NCBI GenBank assembly: GCA_964016885.1 | Contig: OZ024741.1 | Location: 132,866,001-132,930,000, forward strand | DNA from: Eledone cirrhosa | Taxonomy: Eukaryota | Length of the DNA stretch: 64,000 bases | Direction: 5' to 3' | In this document: one piece after another, positions 50,003-62,720 of the stretch | Layout: each line of letters begins with the position of its first letter | Position numbering within the stretch: position 1 is the first letter of the stretch | Made by a program: the position numbers and the translations under genes | The notes under the pieces: generated by a model | The model's database searches: none | What the model was told of the DNA's origin: nothing | Seen by the model: the letters and a program-made list of their open reading frames with translations, nothing else

Positions 50003-53000
50003 CGTACACAATGTAGGCTCAATGAAAGGAAGAGCAGGAGAAATCGTAGAAATGCTAGAGCGAAAGGAAGTTGATGTATGCTGTGTGCAAGAGACTAGAT
50101 GGAGAGGAGAGTCTGCTAGAGTCCTTGTAGGAAAAAGTCAGTGCTACAAATTATTCTGAGTGGGAAATGACGATGGGATGGGTGGTGTAGGTATACTATT
50201 AGCTGACAAGTGGGTAGATAAAGTAATCTCAGTGTACAGGGTAAATGCAAGAATCATTAAACTCAGACTAGTCCTGAATAAGACAATTACCACAATAATA
50301 TCAGCTTACGCACCCCAATCGGGGCTGCCAGACGAACTTAAGGATAGGTTTTACGAGTCCCTAATACACACTACTGCTCTAACAGACGACAAGGACTTCC
50401 TAATCATCGCAGGAGATTTTAACGGACACGTAGGTAAACACTGCGACAGCTTCAATAGAGTACATGGAGGCCATGGAGTTGGCACAAGGAATGAGGAAGG
50501 ATTCAGACTTCTAGAATTCTGCGACGCCAATGACATGTCGATATGTAACACAAACTTTAAAAAACCCGACAACCACCTGATCACTTATAGATCAGGGGAG
50601 CACTCTAGTCAGTTAGATTTTATCCTCATCAGAGGACGTGACAGATGGACGGTCGTAAACACAAAGGCCTTCCCTAGTGAGGAATGTACATCCCAACATA
50701 GCTTAGTTGTCAGCGACCTTACGGTCAGAACTAGACGAGCCCTGAAACAGAGGCCAACCTGGAGAAGAAAGATCTGGAAGCTGAAAGTCCCCTCAACCAG
50801 TAACAGATTTAAAAATATTTTACTCAACGCCTACGACAGTAAAGAAGAACAGATAGAGACATTTAATGTAGAAGAGAACTGGGAGTTCCTAAAAAATAAT
50901 TTACTAGAGGCGACGGACGAGGTCTGTGGCTGGAGTAAGACCTCAAGCAGGAGGAGAGTGACTTGGTGGTGGAACAATAAGGTAGATGAAGCAGTCAAGG
51001 CCAAGAGACAGGCATGGAAAGAATGGAATAATGGGGGGAGCAGGGTACATTACATAGAGACCAAGAGGGAAGCTAGGCGACAAGTATACTTAGCTAGGAG
51101 GGAAGCAGAGGATAGAAAATTCAAGCATGTTTTACAACGTGAGGACCAGAAACTGGAGGTATTCAAGATTGCGAGGCAGTGTGTCAGAGATAGTTGTGAT
51201 GTCATTGGAGAGAAGTGTATCCGGAATGATAAAGGTGAGCTTGCCCTCACAAGTGCTGAGAAGAAAGATGCATGGAAGAGTCATTATGATAGATTACTAA
51301 ATGAGGAGAATGCATGGGAAGAAGAGACCCTACCCCAAGTAGACCCTATAGAGGGACCAGCAGTACAAGTCAGCGGCAGCGTAGTAAGTAAGGCAATCAG
51401 AGATATGAAGATGGGGAAGGCAACCGGTCCATCGGGTATAGCTGCCGAGATGCTGAAGGCATCTGGGTCTGTAGGTCACACTATAACCACACGTATCGTT
51501 AACCAGGTAATACTAGAAGGGGCCATACCAAAAGATTGGTGCAGTAGCATCATTGTCAACTGCTACAAAGGCAAAGGTGACGCACTAGATAGAGGAAACT
51601 TTAGAGGTATAAAGTTGATGGACCAGGTCATGAAAGTAACAGAAAGAGTTATAGCACAGCTGATTAGGGACCGGGTGAATATAGACGAGATGCAATTTGG
51701 GTTTGTACCAGGAAGAGGCACCACTGATGCCCTCTTCCTTGTGAGGCAATTACAGGAAAAGTACCTAGCTAAAAGTAAGCCACTCTACTTGGCATTTGTC
51801 GACCTTGAGAAAGCCTTTGACAGAGTTCCACGTGCTGTAATCTGGTGGGCTCTTAGAAAACTAGGAGTAGATGAATGGCTTGTGAAAGCGGTACAAGCCA
51901 TGTATAGGGGAGCAGTCAGCAAAGTTAGGATTAGCAATGAGTATAGCGAGGAATTTAGCGTACAGGTTGGGGTCCACCAGGGCTCTGTTCTTAGCCCCCC
52001 CCCCCCCCCCCCCTGTTCATCATAGTCCTGCAGGCAATAACGGAGGAATTTAAGACCGGATGCCCATGGGAACCCCTGTATGCTGATGACCTCGCACTCA
52101 TAGCTGAATCTATGATAGAACTAGAGAATAAATTCCAAACCTGGAAGCAGGGACTAGAGAGAAAGGGTCTCAAAGTCAACATGACAAAGACTAAGGTCCT
52201 TGTAAGTAGACGAGAAAACAGAACCCAGATTCCCTCAGGGAAATGGCCTTGCTCAGTATGTAGGAAAGGTGTAGGTAGGAACTCCATTCTCTGCCCCAAA
52301 TGCAAACAATGGGTACACAAGAGATGTAGCGGGATCTCAGGAAGCTTAATTAAGAATGTAGGATTCACATGCAGCAGCTGTGCTGAAACAGCAAGCAGCA
52401 AACAGCCACAGGAAACAAGTACCACCAATCTCTGGGAAGGCCCTGTAGAAACGGTAGACAGCTTCTGCTACCTAGGTGACCGAATTAGCAACGGAGGTGG
52501 GTGTTCAGAAAGTACAATAACTAGGGTAAGAACGGGATGGAAGAGGTTTAGGGAACTACTACCACTGCTAGCTGCAAAAGGCTTCTCCCTCAGAATGAAA
52601 GGCAGACTGTATGATGCGTGTATCCGAACAGCGATGTTGCATGGTAGTGAGACCTGGGCGCTGAAGGTGGAAGACTTACGTAGATTAGAGAGAAACGAAG
52701 CCTGCATGCTCCGATGGATGTGTAACAGTAATATACGTGAACGACAAAGCATAAATGAATTGAGAGAGAGACTGAGCATAAGAGGAATCAAATGCTGTGT
52801 GCAGGAGAGGCGGTTGCGCTGGTATGGACATGTGATGCGTATGAAGGATGACAGCTGCATAAAAAAGTGCAGAGCACTAGAAATTGATGGAAACCGCGGA
52901 GTGGGGAGACCCAAGATGACCTGGGATGAGGTGATAAAAGCCGACCTTACCCAATTACACCTCTCAAAGACAATGACACACGACCGTGACTTCTGGCGTC

Positions 53001-53350
53001 ACGCAGTAATACAGAGTACCCGACCTCCCATGGGTACATGCTGAAGCATATAAACAATATGCCCCCACACCCCCCACCGCAAGGTGGTCGTGGAGGTGCC
53101 ACGGCAAAAAAGCACCCAGCCCACACTGTAAAGTGGACGTGTAGGCCCCACGAAAAAGCACCCAGCACTCACTGTAAATGAGGTTGGTGTTAGGAAGGGC
53201 ATCCAGCTGTAGAAATCAAGCCAGATCAGTTCCTGTATGAGCAAGGCATGGTCAGCCGACCAGACACTGCACACAACAGGACAACCCGTCTAACCCATGC
53301 TAGCGTGGAAGAACGGACGTAAAACGGTGATGATGATGATGATGATGATG
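50003..53350 (+). mobile_element. RTE-clade LINE copy 3, near full-length single ORF (AP endonuclease + RT + PHD-type finger), two visible lesions
   Basis: ATG at 50022; TGA at 50157-50159 (TGG in copy 2); ORF 50160-52025; C19 run at 51995-52013 causing a frameshift; YADD at about 52079; ORF to 53044; 3' UTR and (GAT)n tail to 53350. Confidence 0.97.
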
Positions 53351-53617
53351 ACACACAGGGTCATCAGATTTGTGTGTGTGAGGATGAAACTCAAAGGCTC
53401 ACCATTTAGCTATAATAAATGAATATTTAAACTCTACTTTGTTATCGAGTACTCTTTTCTCTCTACCGATGATGTTGACCAGTTCTCCTTTTCGGGTAGT
53501 ATTTTCGATGCTGTGCTTGTTCAGGATATGTTACAGGTTTGTGTGGCTGGCCGTAGTTTAAAAGTGCACCAAACTCTATAATCTGACAAGCGATTGCAGT
53601 ACTCTTAGAGTTTGCAA

Positions 53618-53673
<56 letters not shown>

Positions 53674-54394
53674 GTGGGTGGATGTGTGGTGTGAGAGAGA
53701 GAGAGAGAGAAAAAAAAGAGAAAGGGAGGCTGTTGAGTAATACTAATTATTACTATTGGTGAAATCAGTTTTAGCATTCAATACATTTACATAAATCAGA
53801 TACTTGGTATATAAAAGTGGAGGTTGATACCATCAACCATTTGTAATTGACATAAGTTGCTGAGTGTTTATATCAAGAATAAGAAATCAAAGTTTCAGTA
53901 TATGATATTGTATTTGTAATGACCTGTAACACATGTTCCACAAATGAACTGCTCTAAGCTACATGGAATATGGCAGTATGTAACAGTTCCATAACTAGCA
54001 GCTCCATTCTGCTTCAATTTGCTAATCAGACGAGCTGCAAAAAACCTACTAAATAGCAGACTTGAACGTGCATAAGTAGGCATAAGATCTCAAATACATT
54101 TTCTTACTATAGACCCAACTAGCATACAATTTGATCCAGTAACCAATCCATATAAACATATATAAACCTAATCTTATAGACGGAATCATTTGTTTGTCGC
54201 ATCCCTCAAGTAGATATTGACGCCAATAAATAGACAAATTCATCCTTTATCTGAATGGCCATAAAACACTAAATTTGACAGCAGATACACTGACCTAATA
54301 AAATGTCTTTATTAGAATAGCCATAAGCACCAAAACACAGCTGTGAATAGATAGCACCAAACTCAGAGCTTTTCATTAAACTACCAGGACAAAT

Positions 54395-54466
54395 AGCCAT
54401 TGGTCACTATTTCCAACCAATCCTCAGCCAATCAAATCGACATTGCATAGCCACACCTAGTGGACA
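54395..54466. promoter_or_regulatory. Cluster of CCAAT boxes plus a CTCF-like motif in non-repetitive sequence
   Basis: ATTGG (~54399), CCAAT (~54417, ~54428); minus strand TGTCCACTAGGTGTGGCTA (54448-54466) resembles the CTCF consensus. Motif match only. Confidence 0.3.
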
Positions 54467-54792
54467 AACTTACTTGCCACCCCACTAGACACAACTAGAC
54501 ATAAACACTACTGCCATGATATCAATGATTCCTCTGGTAAACCTTTTTTGTATATGCATGCATTTTTCTATTCTATCTTCTCCTCCTTCTCCTAACAACA
54601 CACCTAGTTTTGTTATATGGTCCCAGGTTTATTTCAAGTCTTTATTCTGTTTTGACAATTTGATGTGCGAAGGTAATTTTACCATAATGGAATCCGATTT
54701 ATCCCAATATAATATCGGGGTTAGTGCTTTCTAGATGTAATACCTTCTTATATTAATGAAATATATATAAACATTATGCAATAAATGCTTAC

Positions 54793-54829
54793 CTACTTGT
54801 ACAGTGAATGGTGTATTCATGTAATTCAT
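54793..54829 (-). CDS. Candidate first coding exon of a Phactr isoform, MNYMNTPFTVQV(D)
   Basis: Minus strand reads TAG ACA ATG AAT TAC ATG AAT ACA CCA TTC ACT GTA CAA GTA G|GTAAGC: upstream in-frame stop, A at -3, strong donor, phase 1 compatible with the downstream exons. Upstream sequence is non-repetitive and relatively CpG-containing. No homology support. Confidence 0.4.
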
Positions 54830-57414
54830 TGTCTAATTACAATTACTCCATGAATTATCAATTGCAGTACCTTCTGAAGATCACCCTACGAACAACTTTG
54901 AGCGGTAACACATATGTTGAGTCAGAAATAACTGTATGCTGTGACAGTCCACAATCGACGTTACTAAGATTCATAGACTCCAATAACAAACCGATTACTA
55001 ATATGCCTTATAATGTGTGTGTGTGCGTGCGCACACACACACTAGTTGAATGACCTGACGTTGCTCGGGTTACTACTGTTCTTATTCAGATTAGTAATTA
55101 ATAATATGAAGATATTTTTTTTTTCTCATAATTATTTCAAAATATCTATATTTTATAAAAAAGAATATCAAAATTGTAATGATAATAAAATTTAGAATGA
55201 AAACCTGTCAACATTGAAGCACGTCAGGTAAACAATATTCAATGTATAATTTTTTGTTGGTGTCGAAATGAATAAATTGTTGCTGCTTCCAACTCGTGAG
55301 CAACCAATAGAGTTGACCGTAGGAGAAACATGTAGTAGAGAGATCAAGTCCAACTACCTTGAGGGATTGAAATAACAAAACTTAGTTTGACTGGAAACTG
55401 AAGCCTCTTAAATTCAAATGGAACAGCTGTAGATATGAGAGGAATTTTTAGAATAAAAACTTCTTTTTTTTCAATATTGTAAAGAAATAAGTATCAACAT
55501 CCAAAAGAAATATATATCAGCATCTATTTTTGAATGCAGTGTAAATTAACCAAATATAAGTAAATGTATTAACTGTTAATTTAATGATAGGATAATATAA
55601 ATATAAACGAACAGACACACATACACTCACACAAACATACACTTATAAAAAACACACACAGACATACATTCATACAGTTTTTCGTTATGTCAGTTGTCAC
55701 AGAAATGTATGCATACTCACACACACATACACTCACACACATACTTGTCAGTATATGTATGTGTAGATGTGTGCGTGTTTAATTCTCTGTATCTGATTAA
55801 ATATTTACGTGAAGATGTGTGTGAATGTATCTTACAAAGGCCTAACGTATGTAACAAACGCGCAAAAACACACAGACACATATACACCCATATACAAAAT
55901 GTGACGTCGTCATCGTGTTATAAAATGCCCGTTTACTTATAGTTGACTATAGTAAAATATTTTAAATAAAATGTTATATTGTTTTAATCCAAATGAAAAT
56001 AAAAATTGCATGTTAATCCCTTGTAAAATTTTATTCGATTTGGTCGAGCCGTTTGAGAATACATAAGGAAAAGACAGACAGACAGACAGACAGAAAGACA
56101 AAGAATTTTTTTATGTGTGTGCATGTGTGTGTAAATAAATAATTATATATATATATATATGGTAGTGATGCTGCCAAAATACGCCAAACTCACATTGTAA
56201 AATGGTAGTGTTGATGCCATAATTAAATACATCCAGCTCACACTATGAAGTGATCGTTCTGAAATCACAATAAAAAGCACTAAGTCCGCCCTGCCAGGTG
56301 ATAGTGATGATGCTATGATAAAGTACATCCAATACACACTAGGAAGTTGTTAGGAAGGGCATCCAGCCATAAAAACCAAGCCAAAATGTAATGCATGAGC
56401 AAGATGCAGTCATTTGACATGGCTGGCCTGGCCTCAAAATGTGACGACTCAGCTAACCCATGCAAGCATGAAAAATAGCTGTAAAATAGAAATAGTTATG
56501 ACAGCAAACATCCTGGCAGTGAATGTTGGTGGTGGTGGTAACAGAACTGATAAACTTAAGTGATTCTAACAGATAAACAACAGACATGAACAACTGTTGT
56601 TTACTAATACAGATCAATTGAAGAAAACGTTTTTTAACATCAAGCAGATTGATATTTGAAGGATTTTTTGTTTGTTTGTTTGTTTTTTGTTGTTTTTTCA
56701 TCAAATGGCTTTTCAACATAATGTCAAAAAACATATAAATGCTATAATTTAAAATAGTCTAAGATATTTTTGCTTTATTTAAGAGCTATGTAACATTTTG
56801 ATATTGTTCACCTTTCTTGAACGTTATCATATCAATCATATACCTCACCAACCATGTCACGCACACACACACACAGCAACAACAAAATAAGACCTCTGAA
56901 AATCTATTAAGATCTGTTTTTACTGATTGGCAAAGGTTAAATCAATATCATTACATCAACATAAATTTCATGCAAGTTATGGATTTTTCTGAGGAGGGGG
57001 GGAGGGTATTCTTTTTAATTTTGTCAACAAGTACCACACACTATGCTGCAGATACTGACACAGTGGTGCATCTACTGATTCAGAAGATTTGGCACAATAC
57101 CAACAATTTGTAGGCATGGGAAAACTGATTATATCTACCCCAGTTCTTTACTGGTACTTAATTTTATTGATCTCGGAAAAATGAAAGGCAAAGTTGGCCA
57201 CAAAGGGATTTGAACTATAAACATATAGAGCCAGACCTAATATCGTAATAACATTTTATCTGATACTCTATTAAAACACTCCGACAAAAGACTGCCCTGC
57301 TGGACCCTGCACATAAATTCAGGAGAGCAGTCTATTTAAGGTCCTTGTTGAGACCCAACAGGCAACAGAAGATCAAGTAATTATATTTACTGCGCAAACC
57401 ATACATAATGAAAA

Positions 57415-57815
57415 TAATCGTTTCTGATTTAGGCACACGGCCATCAATTTTGAGGGAGGGGAAAGTCAATTAAATCAACCCAGTGCATTACTGGTACTTT
57501 ATTCAGCCTGTAAGAAAGCAAAGCTAACTACAGCGAAATTTGAACACAAAATGTAAAGGGACATTATGCTGCAAAACATGTCCGACGCTCTACTGATACT
57601 GCCAATCCACCACCCTAATAATAATAATTGTTTTTACTTTAGGCACAAGGCCAGCAATTACCCAGTACATTACTGGTACTTTATTTTATCGACCCCGTAA
57701 GGATGAAAGGCAAAGTTAACCTCGGCGGGATTTGAACTCAGATCATAAAGGGACGTAACTCTATGCTTCAAAGCATGGTGTCCGACTCTCTACCGATACT
57801 GCCAATCCACCGCCA
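57415..57815 (-). mobile_element. Two tandem Meta/MESC-like SINEs; 57625-57815 is nearly identical to 31701-31900
   Basis: Direct comparison of the two copies shows few substitutions, including the same shortened tail. Confidence 0.85.
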
Positions 57816-58323
57816 ATCCACTCTCTGCCGATGCTGCTAATTAATAATAATAATTTCAAACAAAGAAAGGCACTGGGAATAGGGTTCACATGCTTTCAAC
57901 AAAATGGAACTCTGCTAAAGGCTTTGAACAGAATTCCTAAATTAATCAAACCTGCTAACATTACTTGGTAATTTAACTTACAAAAATATATACCATATGT
58001 ATGGTCCCATAACTCCTGATGGAGTTGTAGGGGCACCGTATTGACATACAGCGTTTCTAGAGCATTTTAAAAAATCTGGCAGAGCCCACCTTCTCTCCAG
58101 GTTTGAACCCAGCAAATTTCTTCCAGAGAAGGATAAAGAGAGTGAGAGAACGGAAGTGAAAAGGAGATAGACTGGTATTGCTCTTTTTATCAACCTCGGA
58201 TTTACCATATAAAGAGAATAAAAAGGAATTTTTTGTATAGCATGCAAAGCACAGTTTCTCAAATGGCTATAAGTAAATGTAGATTATAAAAATAATAAAA
58301 AAACTCAATGTCCTTTCTCATTG

Positions 58324-58510
58324 GCTTTTGTGCTGGTTGCCATTGAGATCTCTAATGTCCTTAGACTCTGGACTGATGTTTTCCCCAGCAAAATCAGGGG
58401 AAATGCATCTTGCTTGATGAAGTGATGAAGGCGTCCTATGAGGTGGAATGGCTAATGCAGCAGCTGTTGCTGGCTTTTCTCTGTAGTAATGCTTTCGCTA
58501 TCTTGTCTGT
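58324..58510 (+). mobile_element. Possible decayed C-terminus of a restriction-like-endonuclease (CRE-like) non-LTR retrotransposon
   Basis: Reads AFVLVAIEISNVL and, after a frameshift, EVEWLMQQLLLAFLCSNAFAILS, resembling FVP.A.ET.G and WL.QR.S.A..RGNA..IL. Confidence 0.4.
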
Positions 58511-59039
58511 GGGGTGCAGCTGAGATGTACCTCCCAGCCAAAGGTGTAAAGTTTGTCCCCTCAATTTACCTATTCCTTTTTTATTTAATACTTTTCTTTT
58601 TCACATCTCACGCTTTGTTTTGTTCCTCTTTTTCTCTTTTCCTGTTTATTATTTACCCCTTTCGATACCAAATCACCTGAAACCGCACCTGGTTCTACAA
58701 GACGAAACCATTTATTTTGAAATAACCTTCCATGATAATTTTACAGAAGAACCTTTGTTAAGTTATGTTCCAAACACCAGTTTAATAATGAGAAAGTTAA
58801 TTGTTACATTACTAAATCATTCCAAATTCTTTATTTTCAGAATTATTTGAAAACCATAGGTAGTGTTTTTCAATAGGATTATAACAACGAAAGGGTTTTT
58901 ATATATAAAGGGTTAGTTAGTTATCATTTTACGTCTGCTTTTCCCTGCTTGCAAGGGTGGGACTATAAAGGGTGTTTATTTATATATATCATCATCATTT
59001 TACGTCCACTTTTCCCTGCTTGCAAGGGTGGGACAGGAA

Positions 59040-59084
<45 letters not shown>

Positions 59085-62000
59085 ACACCATAAATTTGCT
59101 TTGTTATTCAAATTCAACTTGGTGCCAACATGGAAAGAAAATAATTCCACAGCATGACACCAACCATAATGCTGCTACTACTGCTGCTGATGTGGATGAT
59201 GATTGCTTCATGTCAACTTTTCTTTCAATATTCATTGAAATAAACTAAAAATACTTTAAGGATGATATAATGCTATTGACAGGTCTTCTGATTGAAAATT
59301 TCTGATAAGTCAAAAAAATTCTGTAGAAGAATTCAATATTTAGCCTGTGTTAACTAAAGCAAATTTAGAAATGCATTCTCTATTTGTAAGACAACTTGAT
59401 GTGATTATGCCAAGTTTAAAAGCAGTTATTCAAAACAGATTAATTTGACAACATTAAGTTAAGTTTGGTTCAGAAATCAGCATTTTTAAGGAATAAAATA
59501 GATAAATGAAAATTTTTCAAACAATTTTCCACAGTTATCAAAAACTTTATCATGACTGTAGAATAAATAAAGATGAGTTAAATATATAAAAGCCTTTGGT
59601 CTTCCTTTGCTGTAGGTAGAGCTACTTCTCCAAATTGAGAGATCACAGCTCTGATTACTATGGATATGTTTCAGAATGTTTCAGGAAAGAATTGATGGAT
59701 AGGTTTTACAGGCAAAATCAACTGGCAGGAAACCCAGGGGTAGACCCTAAGCAAGATGGTTGAATAACATCCATGAGCTTGGCTGGTCTCACTTGGGGAT
59801 TCAGCCAAATCAATTGGAGACAGTCGCTTCTGATAAGACCAGCTGGTTTGAGGATTCTGCCTCCACGACCCTCCCAGAAATGTGGGCAAAGAAGAAGAAA
59901 AAGAAGAATAAGTAAAATAAGTAAACAAAATTTATAAAGAATCTATCTAAATCCCCACATATTTGCAACCCTTCTTATATCCATTCTTACTCTCTATGAG
60001 CAGCTGCTCATAGGGTAAGGTAGGATCATATCAATAACTAACAACCCCTTCTAGTGTTGGTGTCACAACAAAATGTAAAATGTACCCAGTACATTCTGCA
60101 AAATGGTTGGTGCTAAGAAGGGCATCCAGCTGTAGAAACCATGCCAAAATGAAACACATGGGCAAGATGTGGTCATCTGACCTATCTAATCTAAGAAGGG
60201 GACAACCTGTCCAACCCAGGTTAACTTGGTAAATAGATGTAAAATGGTAAGGATGATGATGATATCTGAAACTAGGGTACTATAATGTAGAACCAATAAG
60301 ATTATTCCCTTATTTTTTTGTAATGGCAAGGGGTTTGGTACCAAACCCCTTTAGGTTTCTCATGTTTTGAGGGGGGTAAAGTTATAAATAAATATATTGA
60401 GAAAGGTGAGAATTTAATCAATTACCTTATTTTAACAAACAGGCTTGTTACATCAAGAAAAATAGAATTAGTATTATAAGAGTTGTCTCACTCAGATTAA
60501 TTATTCATGACTGGTATTAAATTTGTCAGGCCAGGCTTCTGTCTGTCACAGGTACCATGTAACCCAATACAACCCGCTTCATGGTTACGTGGTCGGTGAC
60601 TAAACCGGCTTTCCCACCAAACCCTGATCTGGTGAGGAGAGTGTAAGTAGAATCTCAGCAGCACAAAATACAAGAGCTGTTAAAAGATCGGATGAACTCC
60701 TCAGAATCAACAGCCAACAGTTGATTAAATAACATCACCAACTCACAATTGGCCAAGTATAATGAGTATGGCTACACTCCTGAAGACATGACCAAAACGA
60801 AACAGAAGCGGTGGAGGTCAACAAAAGAGGGTTCCTCCAACAAAAGGGAGAAAGTCCTGGATTGAATTGGTATTAAATTTAATACATGTGATCGTAAAAA
60901 TTTACAATAAACATCAATATTATTTTAGCTTTTGTTTTGTTTTTAATTTTTTTTACCATCATCATCATTATTATAAACATCAACAACATTCAGCATTTGT
61001 TTTCCCCACTACCAAGGTTAAGACAAGGTTGTCACAAACCAAGTCAGTACTTTATGGGAACCAAAATACTCATTAAAGCATTTGATTTAGTAAATTCTGT
61101 GATAATAGAAAATATTCACAAAAAAACCTTGTTTGATAGTATTTCAACATAGAAATCCTTTCAAAATATTTTGAAAAATTACATATTCATTCATTCCAAT
61201 AGACGTTTAAGTGACACAAAACAATTATCTGCAACATTCATGACATAAATCACATCTTAATTATCTCTTTCCTAAAATAACTTTAAAGAAAAAGAAACCA
61301 AAATAAAAGTAAATAAGAATCTGTTCTAAAATAAAAACAACATTGTGGGGCACAAAACAACATACTTAAAGTTTGATAATTTATTTTTTTTATTGAATTA
61401 ATCAAAAGGAAATTTTAATAGCTTCAAGACCTTTTTTACTTTTTTTTTTTACTGCTTAGTCAGGGAAAGAAAGGCATTACTCATGAATTTTTTATTTCTT
61501 CATGGCCTACTAAACTTGTGTGAGTAGCAAAGGAAGTTATCCTCAAACCAGAAGCCTGACCTAAATGTTTGCAACATAGTGCACTCTGCTAAAGGCACCC
61601 CAAGAAAAACCAGGTGGTGGTGTTAAGACAAATGACAGATAAAATCAACCACCCAAAAATTGTAACCATAGAAATCCATTAATATTTACATTTTAACCAC
61701 GACTTGCATTAGATATTTTCTGAGGTTAGAAGAAAAAAAATCGTAAATTATTGAGATGCTTCAAAGATGAGCAAAGTAATCGGTTGAACATTTCTCTCAC
61801 CTCTTTGTTCAAACCGACTGTAACTGGCCACTCATACTGATGTTAAGGTATTGTTCTCAAAATAAATAATATCAAAACCTCATAGATTCGATATTATGTG
61901 AGATAATTATGTGAGGTAAAGCCTTTTATGTCAAAATACAATAGTAAATATAGAGTAATGTGAAGGCTAAAGGGTTAAATATTTATCCCAGTTCTAAATT

Positions 62001-62360
62001 CACTGTATTCTGAAAAGGAAAGACAAAATACTGGTCTGCTTGATCAGAGTTCACCTATGACTAAACAACAACAAAAGCAGCTAATTTTGTACTGGTAGGC
62101 ACAATTGATATTTGATAAATTCAATATTTGTTTACAGCAGAATGATACATAGGACATCAATGGAAGCTACTTAGTAATCAAAGTAATTGATAAGTTGTTG
62201 AATAAATAAAGAGCAAAATCTAATGCTGTTGTTTTTGTAATAATTGATTAATGGTTTGATATCAATCTAGAGGTGCTGGCAGGAGCAGAAAGTTGATAAT
62301 GGAAAGAGATGTTCAAATACAGTAGAAAATAAAACAATAGAAAATTAATCAAATAAATAA

Positions 62361-62720
62361 TGACACAACAAGAAATGCCCAGTCCCCCACTTAACGTGGT
62401 CGTGCTGGTAACATGACAAAAAGCACCCAGTCCGCCCTGTAAGGTGGCCAGGCTGGTGACATGACAAAAAGCACCCAGTCCGCCATGTAAGCTGGTCATG
62501 CTGGTGACACAACAAAAAGCACCCAATCTACCCAGTCAAGTGGTCGCTTAGGTGCCACAATAAAAAAGCAACCAGTCCACACTGTTGTAACAGGATTGGT
62601 CTTAAGAAGAACATCAAACCTTAGAATCCAAACCAAAATACAGATCCATATGAGCATAACGTGGTTACTTGACCTGAATTGTCTTATGAGGCAACAGGTT
62701 GAACCCATAATGGATATTAA

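Noticed and set aside
52468-52914. Antisense ORFs recurring in LINE copies (also 13592-13957, 43786-44124, 50351-50827)
   Set aside because: Shadows of the sense LINE ORF, shared only because the copies are near-identical.
54049-54243. Minus-strand ORF MNLSIYWRQ... as another Phactr first exon
   Set aside because: Only a weak potential donor (AG|GTTTAT) and no recognisable homology.
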